A stretch of DNA of 64,000 nt, taken from positions 21,594 through 85,593 of the forward strand of contig DATJYS010000001.1 in NCBI GenBank assembly GCA_035499455.1, read 5' to 3'. The position numbers were made by a program, and so were the translations under genes. Positions 27,844 through 35,615 of this stretch are shown here, piece after piece. Below the pieces are notes generated by a model. The model did not search any database, had not been told where the DNA came from, and saw nothing but the letters and a program-made list of their open reading frames with translations. This DNA comes from Thermoplasmata archaeon (lineage in GTDB: Archaea > Thermoplasmatota > Thermoplasmata > Lutacidiplasmatales > UBA184). Position 1 is the first letter of the stretch, and every line of letters starts with the position of its first letter.

Positions 27844-30228
27844 ATGCCGCGACGCCGCGACCGGCTACCGGTGAGCGGTCCCGAGTCGGCCCGGCAACCT
27901 TCGGGGCGGACCGCCTGGACGTTCGTGCCCCGGAGCGGAGTGCCCTCCGGTCGGGACGACGCGTTCCGGAGGCGCGCGGAGGTCGAAGCCGCGGTACACG
28001 CCGGCCACGGGCTCGGCGTCGATCTCTCCCTTCGGCTCTTCTCGGGGCCCGAGCCGCGGACCGTCCTCGAGTCGGCGGCGTCGGACGGAGTCCGGTGGGT
28101 CGAGCGGGCGTTGACGCCGTGCTACGAGGGGGGACAGTGGATTCGATCGCCTCCGACCGGGATCGATTCGGAGTCGTCCGTCGCCATCGGTCGACGCGTC
28201 CTCCTCCCGGGCGAGCGCCTCGCCGCGCCCGTCGAATGGGGGATCGTGATGCGAACCGCCACCGTCGCGTTTGCGGCGCTCCGTCCGGGGGTCGAGCTCC
28301 GTTGCCGACTGACGCCGGTCGCCACGCGGCCGGCAAGGGTGGGGGGCTCCCCGCGGTACGATTCTCGCTTCGAGCGGCTCTCGACCCGCCCGGGGCCCCG
28401 CCCCACTGTTCCGGGCGCTCCCGCCGAAGCGCGAGCCCCAGCGCGCGGTCCGTTCTGGAGCGCGGCCGTGGAACTGAGACTCCCCGTCTCGGTCGAGGAT
28501 CGAGAACGCCGAACGGCGATCGCAGCTGCGGAGGCCGCCTGGCGTCGTCTCGACGACGTCGGCCTCTCCTTCTCGGGCGGTAGCCTGGCGCGGCTCGTCG
28601 CGTCCCCCACGCTGCTGTCGTCCGAGGAGCTGCTCGCCGTACTCCCGGGACGAGACGGCGGCCTGCAGGACGCCCTCGCTCCGGCCTCCGGACCGATCGG
28701 CATCCCGCTCGGCCGCACGTCGGCCGGAACGGTCGTCAGCGCTCCGATCGAGGCCGGGCAGGGTCGGCACCTCGCGATCCTCGGGGAGACCGGGATGGGG
28801 AAGAGCTCCCTGATGGTCGCGCTCGCGGTTCGAGCCGCCGAGCGAGGGGGGATCGTGGTCCTCGACCCCCTCGGAGAGACGGCGCGGGAGATCCGTGCCG
28901 AGCTCGGCCCCGAGAACGACCGGGTCCGTTTCGTCTCGGCCGCCGCGAAGGACGCGCCGACCCTGAACGCGCTCGACGGATGCGGCGTAGGTACGGACGT
29001 CGACACCGTCCGCTCGGAGCGACGGATCGCCGACATCGTGCACGCCCTGCGACGCGTGCGGTCGGGACGCTACGCCGACTCCTCGTTCTGGGGACCCCGC
29101 CTGGAGGAGATGATGACCCGCGCGGTCCGAGCCGCCTCCGCGTTCCCCGACGGCTCGCTCGAGGACGCGCACACGTTATTGTCGACCTACGGACTCACGC
29201 GCCGGGCGGCTCCCCCGGCGAGCGAGGAGCCCCTCCGCGAGCTCGCGCAGCGGATCCGCGAGCGGCCAGAGGACGCGGACGGTGCGCGTCGGCTGCTCCA
29301 TGAGGTCGTTCGGAATCCGACGCTCGCGCGGATGCTGTGCGCTCGGCGTCCCACGATCCGGGCCGCGGACTTCGTCGCTCCCGGCGAGATCCTCCTCGTG
29401 TCGGGCGATGCCGGTGAGGTCGGCGAGTCGACCGCACGGTACCTGATCGCGGTCTACCTCGCGCTCGTTTGGTCGGAGCTCCTTGTCGGCGAGCGCCCGA
29501 CCAAGACGTTCGTCTTCCTCGACGAGGCGCAGTGGTTCGCCCACGAGAGCCTGGGAGAGATGCTCCGGTTGGCCCGACGTCGCAACGTGCACACGTTGCT
29601 GGCCACGCAGTCCGTCGCCTCCCTGCCGGAGTCGGTCGCCGAGGCCGTGTGGACGAACGTCGCGGACTTCGTGGCGTTTCGCGGGCTACCCGAGGAGGCG
29701 CGCGAGATCGGCCGGACCGCGCCCGGGGTGACCGCCGAGCGACTCCTTGCCCTCCCTCGTGGCCGGGCGGTCGCACTGATCGGCAAGGGCCGGGTCGTCT
29801 CCTGGATCCGGACGGTGCGAATCCCCCCGTCCCCCGATCGCGCCCCGACGCGACGACCCCCGGTCGCGAAGAGGGGTTCCGGGGCGGACGAACCGTCCCC
29901 GATCCTGACCGCGGGGTGCGTGGGTCGGACTCCCTCGGAACTCGGGACCCCGGGGGCGCTGCTCGAGTGGCTCGGGGAGCGCGCACGTTCCATCGAAGAG
30001 GGAGCGCTCCTTCGCGTATCGCTGGACGAACTTCGGAGGCGCTCCGGGGGCGATGCGGACGCGGTCCGCCGACTCGGCGCGGAGCTCGGGCGTCGGGGTG
30101 CGATCCGCCGGTCCGAGCGGTCGCCCGACGGCACTGTCTGGTGGCTCCAGCCCGCCCTGCTCCCGTCGGGCGAAGCCGGGCCGGTGCGCGCGGGGTCGGG
30201 CGGTTCCGAGAAGCCACAACCCTCTTAG
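27844..30228 (+). CDS. FtsK/HerA-superfamily (DUF87 / VirD4-TraG-like) P-loop ATPase with unassigned N-terminal domain and C-terminal winged helix
   Basis: - Walker A: LAILGETGMGKSSLMVAL (~28783-28806).
- Walker B: KTFVFLDEAQWF (~29509-29529).
- Motif HTLLATQSVASLP.
- C-terminal LRVSLDELRRRSGGDADAVRRLGAELGRRGAIRRSERSPDGTVWWL looks like a wHTH.
- No TM segments.
- The ORF opens at TTG 27796; I prefer ATG 27844. Confidence 0.75.
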   Translation: MPRRRDRLPVSGPESARQPSGRTAWTFVPRSGVPSGRDDAFRRRAEVEAAVHAGHGLGVDLSLRLFSGPEPRTVLESAASDGVRWVERALTPCYEGGQWIRSPPTGIDSESSVAIGRRVLLPGERLAAPVEWGIVMRTATVAFAALRPGVELRCRLTPVATRPARVGGSPRYDSRFERLSTRPGPRPTVPGAPAEARAPARGPFWSAAVELRLPVSVEDRERRTAIAAAEAAWRRLDDVGLSFSGGSLARLVASPTLLSSEELLAVLPGRDGGLQDALAPASGPIGIPLGRTSAGTVVSAPIEAGQGRHLAILGETGMGKSSLMVALAVRAAERGGIVVLDPLGETAREIRAELGPENDRVRFVSAAAKDAPTLNALDGCGVGTDVDTVRSERRIADIVHALRRVRSGRYADSSFWGPRLEEMMTRAVRAASAFPDGSLEDAHTLLSTYGLTRRAAPPASEEPLRELAQRIRERPEDADGARRLLHEVVRNPTLARMLCARRPTIRAADFVAPGEILLVSGDAGEVGESTARYLIAVYLALVWSELLVGERPTKTFVFLDEAQWFAHESLGEMLRLARRRNVHTLLATQSVASLPESVAEAVWTNVADFVAFRGLPEEAREIGRTAPGVTAERLLALPRGRAVALIGKGRVVSWIRTVRIPPSPDRAPTRRPPVAKRGSGADEPSPILTAGCVGRTPSELGTPGALLEWLGERARSIEEGALLRVSLDELRRRSGGDADAVRRLGAELGRRGAIRRSERSPDGTVWWLQPALLPSGEAGPVRAGSGGSEKPQPS

Positions 30229-30253
30229 CCACGGGACGGCCTGATTTTCTCCG

Positions 30254-31060
30254 ATGGAACCTGAGACGGGACCGGCCCCCGTGCTCGGAGCCCGGGAGCT
30301 CGCGAGCCCCCGGACCACGCTCGAGCGGTGCACGACCGGCATCGAGGGCCTCGACAGCATTCTCGAGGGCGGGATCCCCCGGGGCAACATGGTCCTCGTC
30401 GCCGGGAGCGTCGGGACGGGCAAGACGACCCTCTGCCTCGAGTTCCTGGTGCGAGGGGCCGAGAAGTCCGAGCGCTCCCTGTTCATCTCCGTCACGGAGT
30501 CCTCCGGCAAGCTGATCCAGAATCTCTCGACGTTCGACTTCTTCCGCCCGGAGCTCGTCGCGAACGGTTCGCTCGTCTTCGTCGACCTGCCCGTGATCTA
30601 CCGGAAGCTCGGCCTCGAGCGCGAGGAGCTCGCCCCCGAGGATATCGACATCCTCCTGCGGACGATCTCGAGCCTCGTGCGCACCCTCGGCGTCCGGCGG
30701 CTGGTGCTCGACAGCCTCACCTCGCTCTGCTACCGGATCCGGCGCGACGAGCAGATCCGGGACTTCCTGCTCCGCCTCGGCGGGGAGCTGAGCGACGCCG
30801 GCTGCACCTCGCTGCTCGTCTCCGAGATCGGCCCGCAGGCCGGGCGCTACTCGGCGCACGGCGTGGAAGAGGCGATCGTCGACGGGGTGATCCTGCTCTG
30901 GAACAACCGCCGGATGGGCGACATCCTCCGCGTCCTGCAGATCGTCAAGATGCGGGGGACCGCCCACTCCCGAACCCAGTACGTGATCGAGCTGACGCCG
31001 ATCGGCCTGCTGATGGCGCCCCACCTGAAGGGGGCCCGCGGCGCGGACGGGGGCGGATAG
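30254..31060 (+). CDS. Single-domain KaiC/RadA-like RecA-superfamily ATPase (motifs intact)
   Basis: TGIEGLDSILEGGIPRGNMVLVAGSVGTGKTTLCLEFL (Walker A), RRLVLDSLTSL (Walker B), LRVLQIVKMRGTAHS. Confidence 0.8.
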   Translation: MEPETGPAPVLGARELASPRTTLERCTTGIEGLDSILEGGIPRGNMVLVAGSVGTGKTTLCLEFLVRGAEKSERSLFISVTESSGKLIQNLSTFDFFRPELVANGSLVFVDLPVIYRKLGLEREELAPEDIDILLRTISSLVRTLGVRRLVLDSLTSLCYRIRRDEQIRDFLLRLGGELSDAGCTSLLVSEIGPQAGRYSAHGVEEAIVDGVILLWNNRRMGDILRVLQIVKMRGTAHSRTQYVIELTPIGLLMAPHLKGARGADGGG

Positions 31061-31063
31061 TCC

Positions 31064-31648
31064 GTGCCTCCGGTCGACGTCGGCGACCGTCTGCGCGCCC
31101 TGCCGCTCGGGAGCGCGGTCGCCCTGAAGCTCGACCCGCGCGAGTACGCGGACCACTACTTCGCCGTGCTGAACGCCACCCTGCGCGACGTCGGGGCCGA
31201 GGCGAGCAACCACACGGTCTACATCGCGGTGACGAACCCCGCGTCGTTCGTCTGGTCGCTCGCGCAGGCGCTGGACGTGACGCCCGACCGGATCTCGTTC
31301 GTGGACGCGATCAGCCACCTGATGATGAACTACTCGAACCCGCTGCCGAACGCGACGTACGTCGAGAGCCCGCGCGCGCTCGAGGAGATCATGCTGCGCA
31401 CCGAGTACCTGCTCCGGCGCTATCCGCACGCGCGCACGACGGTCGTCATCGACAGCGTGAACTCGCTCGCCATCCACAACCCCCCCGAGCTCCTCTCCGA
31501 GTTCTTCCACATCCTCCTCAACAATCTGAAGAGCCGCCAGGTGCTCACGCTCGTCCTCGAGACGACGGACGAGGAGGCCGCGGCGATCGACCAGATGCTG
31601 AACCTGGTCGTCGACGAGACGATCGACGTGGCGCGGGCGGGTCGGTGA
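31064..31648 (+). CDS. RecA/KaiC-fold-like protein lacking a P-loop
   Basis: The position of Walker A reads GSAVALKLDPREYADHYF. A Walker-B-like strand TTVVIDSVNSLA is retained. G/C-rich third positions. GTG start 3 nt after the upstream stop. Confidence 0.6.
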   Translation: MPPVDVGDRLRALPLGSAVALKLDPREYADHYFAVLNATLRDVGAEASNHTVYIAVTNPASFVWSLAQALDVTPDRISFVDAISHLMMNYSNPLPNATYVESPRALEEIMLRTEYLLRRYPHARTTVVIDSVNSLAIHNPPELLSEFFHILLNNLKSRQVLTLVLETTDEEAAAIDQMLNLVVDETIDVARAGR

Positions 31649-31650
31649 GC

Positions 31651-32412
31651 ATGTCGGACGCGCAGCGGATCTTCGACGTCCCCGAGATCGACCAGCCGCT
31701 CGCCCCCGCGCTCCGTCCGGGGTGGCTCGCGGTGCTCGTCGGCACCTCGGGCTCCGGGGCGCCGCTCTTGGCGAAGCAGTTCGCGAACGCCGGGGTCGGC
31801 ACCACGCCCGTCCTGTTCTACACGACGTACGAGCGGACGGACGACGTCCGCAGCGCGTTCGACGACTTCGGCTGGGACCCGGCGGACATCAAGATCGTGA
31901 ACCTCGCCGACGAGTACTACGAGCGGGTGCTCGTGAAGGGCCTCGAGATCGCCCGCGTGCGCGAGCGCGGCCTCTCCCTCGACGACCTGACCCGAGAGGA
32001 GCCGGAGGGCCGCTCCCGGCCGTCGTTCAGCCTGACGGACCGGATGCTCGCCGACCTCGCCACGATCGATGCGCCGTTCCGGATGGTCGTCGACTCGGTC
32101 GACTTCTTCTTCGAGGTGCTCGACCCCCGCGAGGTGATCACCGTCGCCCGGCAGATCCGCCACCGCTGCCAGACGATCGGGGGGCAGGCCCTCATCGCGG
32201 TCCACTCGCCCGGCCACGAGCGCGCGACCACGACCCGGCTCGAAGACCTCGCCGACCTCGTCCTCACGCTCCGGGCCGAGCCGCACGGGGACCGGCACCA
32301 GCACACCCTCTCCGTCGAGAAGGTCGGGAACCGGCCGGACCTCACCCGCATCTGGCGCGGGATCCTGGACGACCGCGGCTGGCGGGTCGAGCCGCCGACC
32401 TCCTCCCGATAG
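31651..32412 (+). CDS. KaiC-like protein with degenerate P-loop
   Basis: GWLAVLVGTSGSGAPLLAKQF (GxxGxG but Lys-Ser/Thr replaced by Ala-Pro; 31741-31764). Walker-B-like FRMVVDSVDFF. GGTGA 5 nt upstream of the ATG. Only the tail of track ORF 30328..32412 is the gene. Confidence 0.65.
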   Translation: MSDAQRIFDVPEIDQPLAPALRPGWLAVLVGTSGSGAPLLAKQFANAGVGTTPVLFYTTYERTDDVRSAFDDFGWDPADIKIVNLADEYYERVLVKGLEIARVRERGLSLDDLTREEPEGRSRPSFSLTDRMLADLATIDAPFRMVVDSVDFFFEVLDPREVITVARQIRHRCQTIGGQALIAVHSPGHERATTTRLEDLADLVLTLRAEPHGDRHQHTLSVEKVGNRPDLTRIWRGILDDRGWRVEPPTSSR

Positions 32413-32477
32413 CGACCTACCTCCGCGCCACCGAACCTTTATCGGTCCGCCCCCGGTCCTTGAGGGGAGGGAACGCT

Positions 32478-33263
32478 GTGGAAGACGTGGTCATCCGAAC
32501 GCTCGAGAAGGTGTCGCTCCGCGACCCCATCCTGGTGGAGGGCCTCCCCGGTGTCGGGAACGTCGGCAAGCTCGCCGCGGACTACCTCCGCGACCAGCTC
32601 CCCGCGAAACCCCTCGCGACGATCTACTCGAAGTTCTTCCCCCCGCAGGTCTACGTGAGCGAGACAGGGGTCATCCGCCTCGTCTCGAACGAGCTCGCCT
32701 ACTGGAAGGCGCCCGCCTCCGCGCCGCACGACATCCTCGTGCTCGGCGGCGACTACCAGGGGATCAGCCCCGAGGGCCAGTACGAGATCACCGAGCGGGT
32801 GCTCGACTACTGCGCCGGCCTCGGCGTGAAGGAGGTCTACACGCTCGCCGGCTTCGCGCAGGGGCACGCGGTCGAGACGCCGCGCGTCCTGGGCGCGGCG
32901 ACCCTCCCCGCGCGCGTCGAGGCGATGAAGAAGTTCGGCGTCGTCTTCTCCCGCAACGACCCCGGCGGGGGGCTGATCGGCGCGAGCGGGCTGTTCCTCG
33001 GCCTCGGCAAGATGTTCGGCATGGAGGGGGTCTGCCTGATGGGCGAGACGAGCGGCTACTTCGTCGACCCCCACTCCGCGGAAGCGGTCCTCAAGGTCCT
33101 CGGCAAGGTGCTCCGCGTCGAGATCGACTTCACGGCCCTCGAGACGAAGGCGCGGGAGATCGACCGGATCGCCCAGAAGATCCACGAGGTCGAGCAGCGC
33201 TCGGGCGACCCCTCGGGCGGAACCCCGGCGCCGACCCGCGAGGACGTCGGGTACATCGGCTGA
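32478..33263 (+). CDS. PAC2-family (proteasome assembly chaperone-like, ATP-grasp-type) protein
   Basis: PILVEGLPGVGNVGKLAADYLRDQL...ILVLGGDYQ...GLIGASGLFLGLGKMFGMEGVCLMGETSGY. GTG start 32478 within track ORF 31722..33263. Confidence 0.8.
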   Translation: MEDVVIRTLEKVSLRDPILVEGLPGVGNVGKLAADYLRDQLPAKPLATIYSKFFPPQVYVSETGVIRLVSNELAYWKAPASAPHDILVLGGDYQGISPEGQYEITERVLDYCAGLGVKEVYTLAGFAQGHAVETPRVLGAATLPARVEAMKKFGVVFSRNDPGGGLIGASGLFLGLGKMFGMEGVCLMGETSGYFVDPHSAEAVLKVLGKVLRVEIDFTALETKAREIDRIAQKIHEVEQRSGDPSGGTPAPTREDVGYIG

Positions 33264-33277
33264 CGGCGGTCCCTGCC

Positions 33278-34414
33278 GTGCCGCCGGCTCCCGAGCCCGC
33301 GCCGTCCGCGACGCTCGCCGAGCGGATCCGGGCGAGCGCGGACGCGGACGGGTTCCTGCCGTTCGACCGGTTCATGGACCTCGTCCTCTACGACCCCGTC
33401 GCGGGGTTCTACGCCCGCGCGGCGTCGCCGTTCGGCGCCGCGGGAGACTTCTACACCGCACCCCAGGTCCATCCGCTGTTCGCCGCGACCCTGGCCGCCC
33501 GCGTCCGGTCGGCCGCGGGGTCGCTCCGGGGTCGCGGTCCGGTCCGGCTCGTCGAGATCGGCGCCGGGGACGGCACTCTCGCGGAAGCGCTGCTCGGTGC
33601 CCTCGGCCCGGACGCCGGCCTTGACGAGTACCTGCTCATCGAACGGTCGGAGCCGCTGGCGCGCCGGGCGCTCGAACGGACTCGGGTCGCGGGGGACCTC
33701 GCCCGCGTGCCGGTCCGCCGAGCGGTCTCGATCGCCGCCGAGGGTCCGACGGTCGGAGTCGTGGTCGCGAACGAACTCCTCGACGCGATCCCCGCCCGTC
33801 GGGTCCGTTGGACCGGCGAACGGTGGAGCGAGCTCGGCGTACGGGTGGGACCCCGCGGGCTGGAACCCGCGGAAGGCCCCCTGCGCGACGCCGTTCCACC
33901 CCCGCCGCTGCCGACATCGCCCGAGGCGGGAACGATAGTGGAGTTCTCGAGCGGCGCCGAGGCGCTGGTCCGGGAGGTCGCGGACCACCTGGTCGCCGGC
34001 CTGTTCGTGATCCTGGACTACGGGATGTCCGAGGCCGAGCTGCTCGCGGCCCACCCGCGCGGAACGCTGGAGGCGATCCGGCAGCACCGCTCGGTCGCCG
34101 ACCCCCTCTCGGCCCCGGGGGAGACCGACCTGTCGGTGTTCGTCAACTTCGACCGGGTGCGGTCGGCGGCGCGGGCGGCCGGCTGGACCGAGGTCGCCTT
34201 TCGCTCGCAGGCCGAGGCGCTCGGTGCCTGGGGGTTCCCCGAGCGGTTCCAGGAGGCGCTCGCCCGAACGGGCTCGAGCGAGGAGGAGGTTCGCCTCCGG
34301 CTCGCCGCCAAGAACCTGCTGTTCGGCTTCGAGCGGTTCCGGGTGCTGGAGCTCGCGCCGCCGGGCGAGCGTCCGCTCGCCGGGGCTACTTTGGCGTCGG
34401 CCGGACGACCGTGA
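33278..34414 (+). CDS. SAM-dependent methyltransferase, MidA/NDUFAF7 (DUF185) family
   Basis: LPFDRFMDLVLYDPVAGFYARAASPFGAAGDFYTAPQVHPLFA...LVEIGAGDGTLA...VVVANELLDAIP. Confidence 0.75.
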   Translation: MPPAPEPAPSATLAERIRASADADGFLPFDRFMDLVLYDPVAGFYARAASPFGAAGDFYTAPQVHPLFAATLAARVRSAAGSLRGRGPVRLVEIGAGDGTLAEALLGALGPDAGLDEYLLIERSEPLARRALERTRVAGDLARVPVRRAVSIAAEGPTVGVVVANELLDAIPARRVRWTGERWSELGVRVGPRGLEPAEGPLRDAVPPPPLPTSPEAGTIVEFSSGAEALVREVADHLVAGLFVILDYGMSEAELLAAHPRGTLEAIRQHRSVADPLSAPGETDLSVFVNFDRVRSAARAAGWTEVAFRSQAEALGAWGFPERFQEALARTGSSEEEVRLRLAAKNLLFGFERFRVLELAPPGERPLAGATLASAGRP

Positions 34415-35051
34415 TCGGCTCGGCGACCTTCGTGTCGACGAGCAGTTTCGCCGTGGCCGCGGGCAGCGCGATCAGGTCGTCCGCGCGCAGCTCGACCGAG
34501 TCCGGCCCGACCTCGACGGTGTGCCCGTCGGTGAGCACCCGGACGTAGGCGAGCGGGGCGGGGGCGGCTCCCTTCGGGGCCGGGGCGCGCGGCGGGGGCG
34601 GCGGAGGGGAGGCGGCCCGCTCCACCGGGCGCTCGGCGGGAGGCGCAGCGCTCGGCGGGACGCCCGCCGCGGTCTCGAGGTACGGCGCCGACGACCGGCG
34701 GAACCCGAGCAGGATCCCCAGCAACCCGTCGAACATCGCCCGCTCCTCGGCGAGCGCATTCGGTAGCTCCCGCGCGCCCCCGATGCTCGCCTGGAACGCG
34801 AGGGAGAGGATCTTCTGGACGCGGCCCTCGAGGATGTCGCGGGCGACCTGGCTCGCCCGCTGGTACGTCTGCCGGGAGATCTCCCCCTTGCGGCCGGACG
34901 GATTCTCCCGAAGGTCCGCCTCGTACGAGCGTTTGAGCTCGGCGAGGTACGCCGAGGTCCCCTCGTAGTAGTCGAGCGGGAGCTTGGCGAGGCCCCGACC
35001 GGCGGCCTCGTTGCGCCGCCACTCAAGGAGGAGGGTGAACTGGTCGGGCAT
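34386..35051 (-). CDS. GINS complex subunit (Gins51/Gins15-type: helical A domain + beta-rich B domain)
   Basis: LLEWRRNEAAGRGLAKLPLDYYEGTSAYLAELKR... then a P/A linker and YVRVLTDGHTVEVGPDSVELRADDLIALPAATAKLLVDTKVAEPI. Family call from pattern memory. Confidence 0.6.
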   Translation of the reverse strand: MPDQFTLLLEWRRNEAAGRGLAKLPLDYYEGTSAYLAELKRSYEADLRENPSGRKGEISRQTYQRASQVARDILEGRVQKILSLAFQASIGGARELPNALAEERAMFDGLLGILLGFRRSSAPYLETAAGVPPSAAPPAERPVERAASPPPPPPRAPAPKGAAPAPLAYVRVLTDGHTVEVGPDSVELRADDLIALPAATAKLLVDTKVAEPITVVRPTPK

Positions 35052-35080
35052 GACGGGGAGCCCGCGGAGGACGAGAGGAC

Positions 35081-35088
35081 TATACTAG
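35081..35088. promoter_or_regulatory. TATA-like element between divergent GINS and Toprim genes
   Basis: tatactag lies 30-37 nt upstream of the GINS ATG (35051) and ~60 nt upstream of ATG 35148. Confidence 0.4.
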
Positions 35089-35147
35089 GTGTGCGGCGTC
35101 GCCGACCGCAGCGCGCTCTCCCGGGGGCCGGGCGGGCGACCGAGCCG

Positions 35148-35615
35148 ATGCAGCGGGGACGGGATCCGGCGGTCGCGTTCGCCGAGTTCGTGGAGCTGTG
35201 GCAGAAGCTCCTAGCCGAGGCGGGCCGCCCCGGGACGACCGTCGTGGTCGAGGGGGAGCGGGACCGGCGCTCGGTCCGTCGCCTCGGCTGGCCGGGAGGG
35301 CTCGCCGTCGTGCACCGGGGTCGGACGATCTCGGCGACGGCGCAGGCGCTCGTCGACGGGAGCCGGCGCGTCATCGTGCTCACCGACTGGGACTCGGAGG
35401 GGGGGACGTTCGCCCGGCGGCTGCGGGAGTTCCTCACGGCCGACCGGGTGGAGCTTGACCTCGAGTACCGACGCCGGTTCGCGCGGATCCTCCGCGGGGA
35501 GCTCGTGCACGTCGAGGGACTGTTCGGCTGGGCCCGACGGAACGCCGAGCGGTTCGGCGTCCCGTTCGAAGAGATCGCCGGCGGGACGGAGGCAGCCCCG
35601 CCGCCTACGGAATGA
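35148..35615 (+). CDS. Small Toprim-domain protein
   Basis: TTVVVEGERDRRSVRRLG...RVIVLTDWDSEGGTFARRL (Toprim Glu and DxD). Track ORF opens at 35091; ATG 35148 preferred. Confidence 0.65.
   Translation: MQRGRDPAVAFAEFVELWQKLLAEAGRPGTTVVVEGERDRRSVRRLGWPGGLAVVHRGRTISATAQALVDGSRRVIVLTDWDSEGGTFARRLREFLTADRVELDLEYRRRFARILRGELVHVEGLFGWARRNAERFGVPFEEIAGGTEAAPPPTE

Noticed and set aside
29195-31510. 771-aa minus-strand ORF across the ATPase and KaiC-like genes
   Set aside because: It is antisense to genes with clear Walker motifs and is an R/P/G-rich shadow frame. The same reasoning applies to 27865..29172, 28122..29036, 43835..45448, 13781..14980 and 47811..48596.
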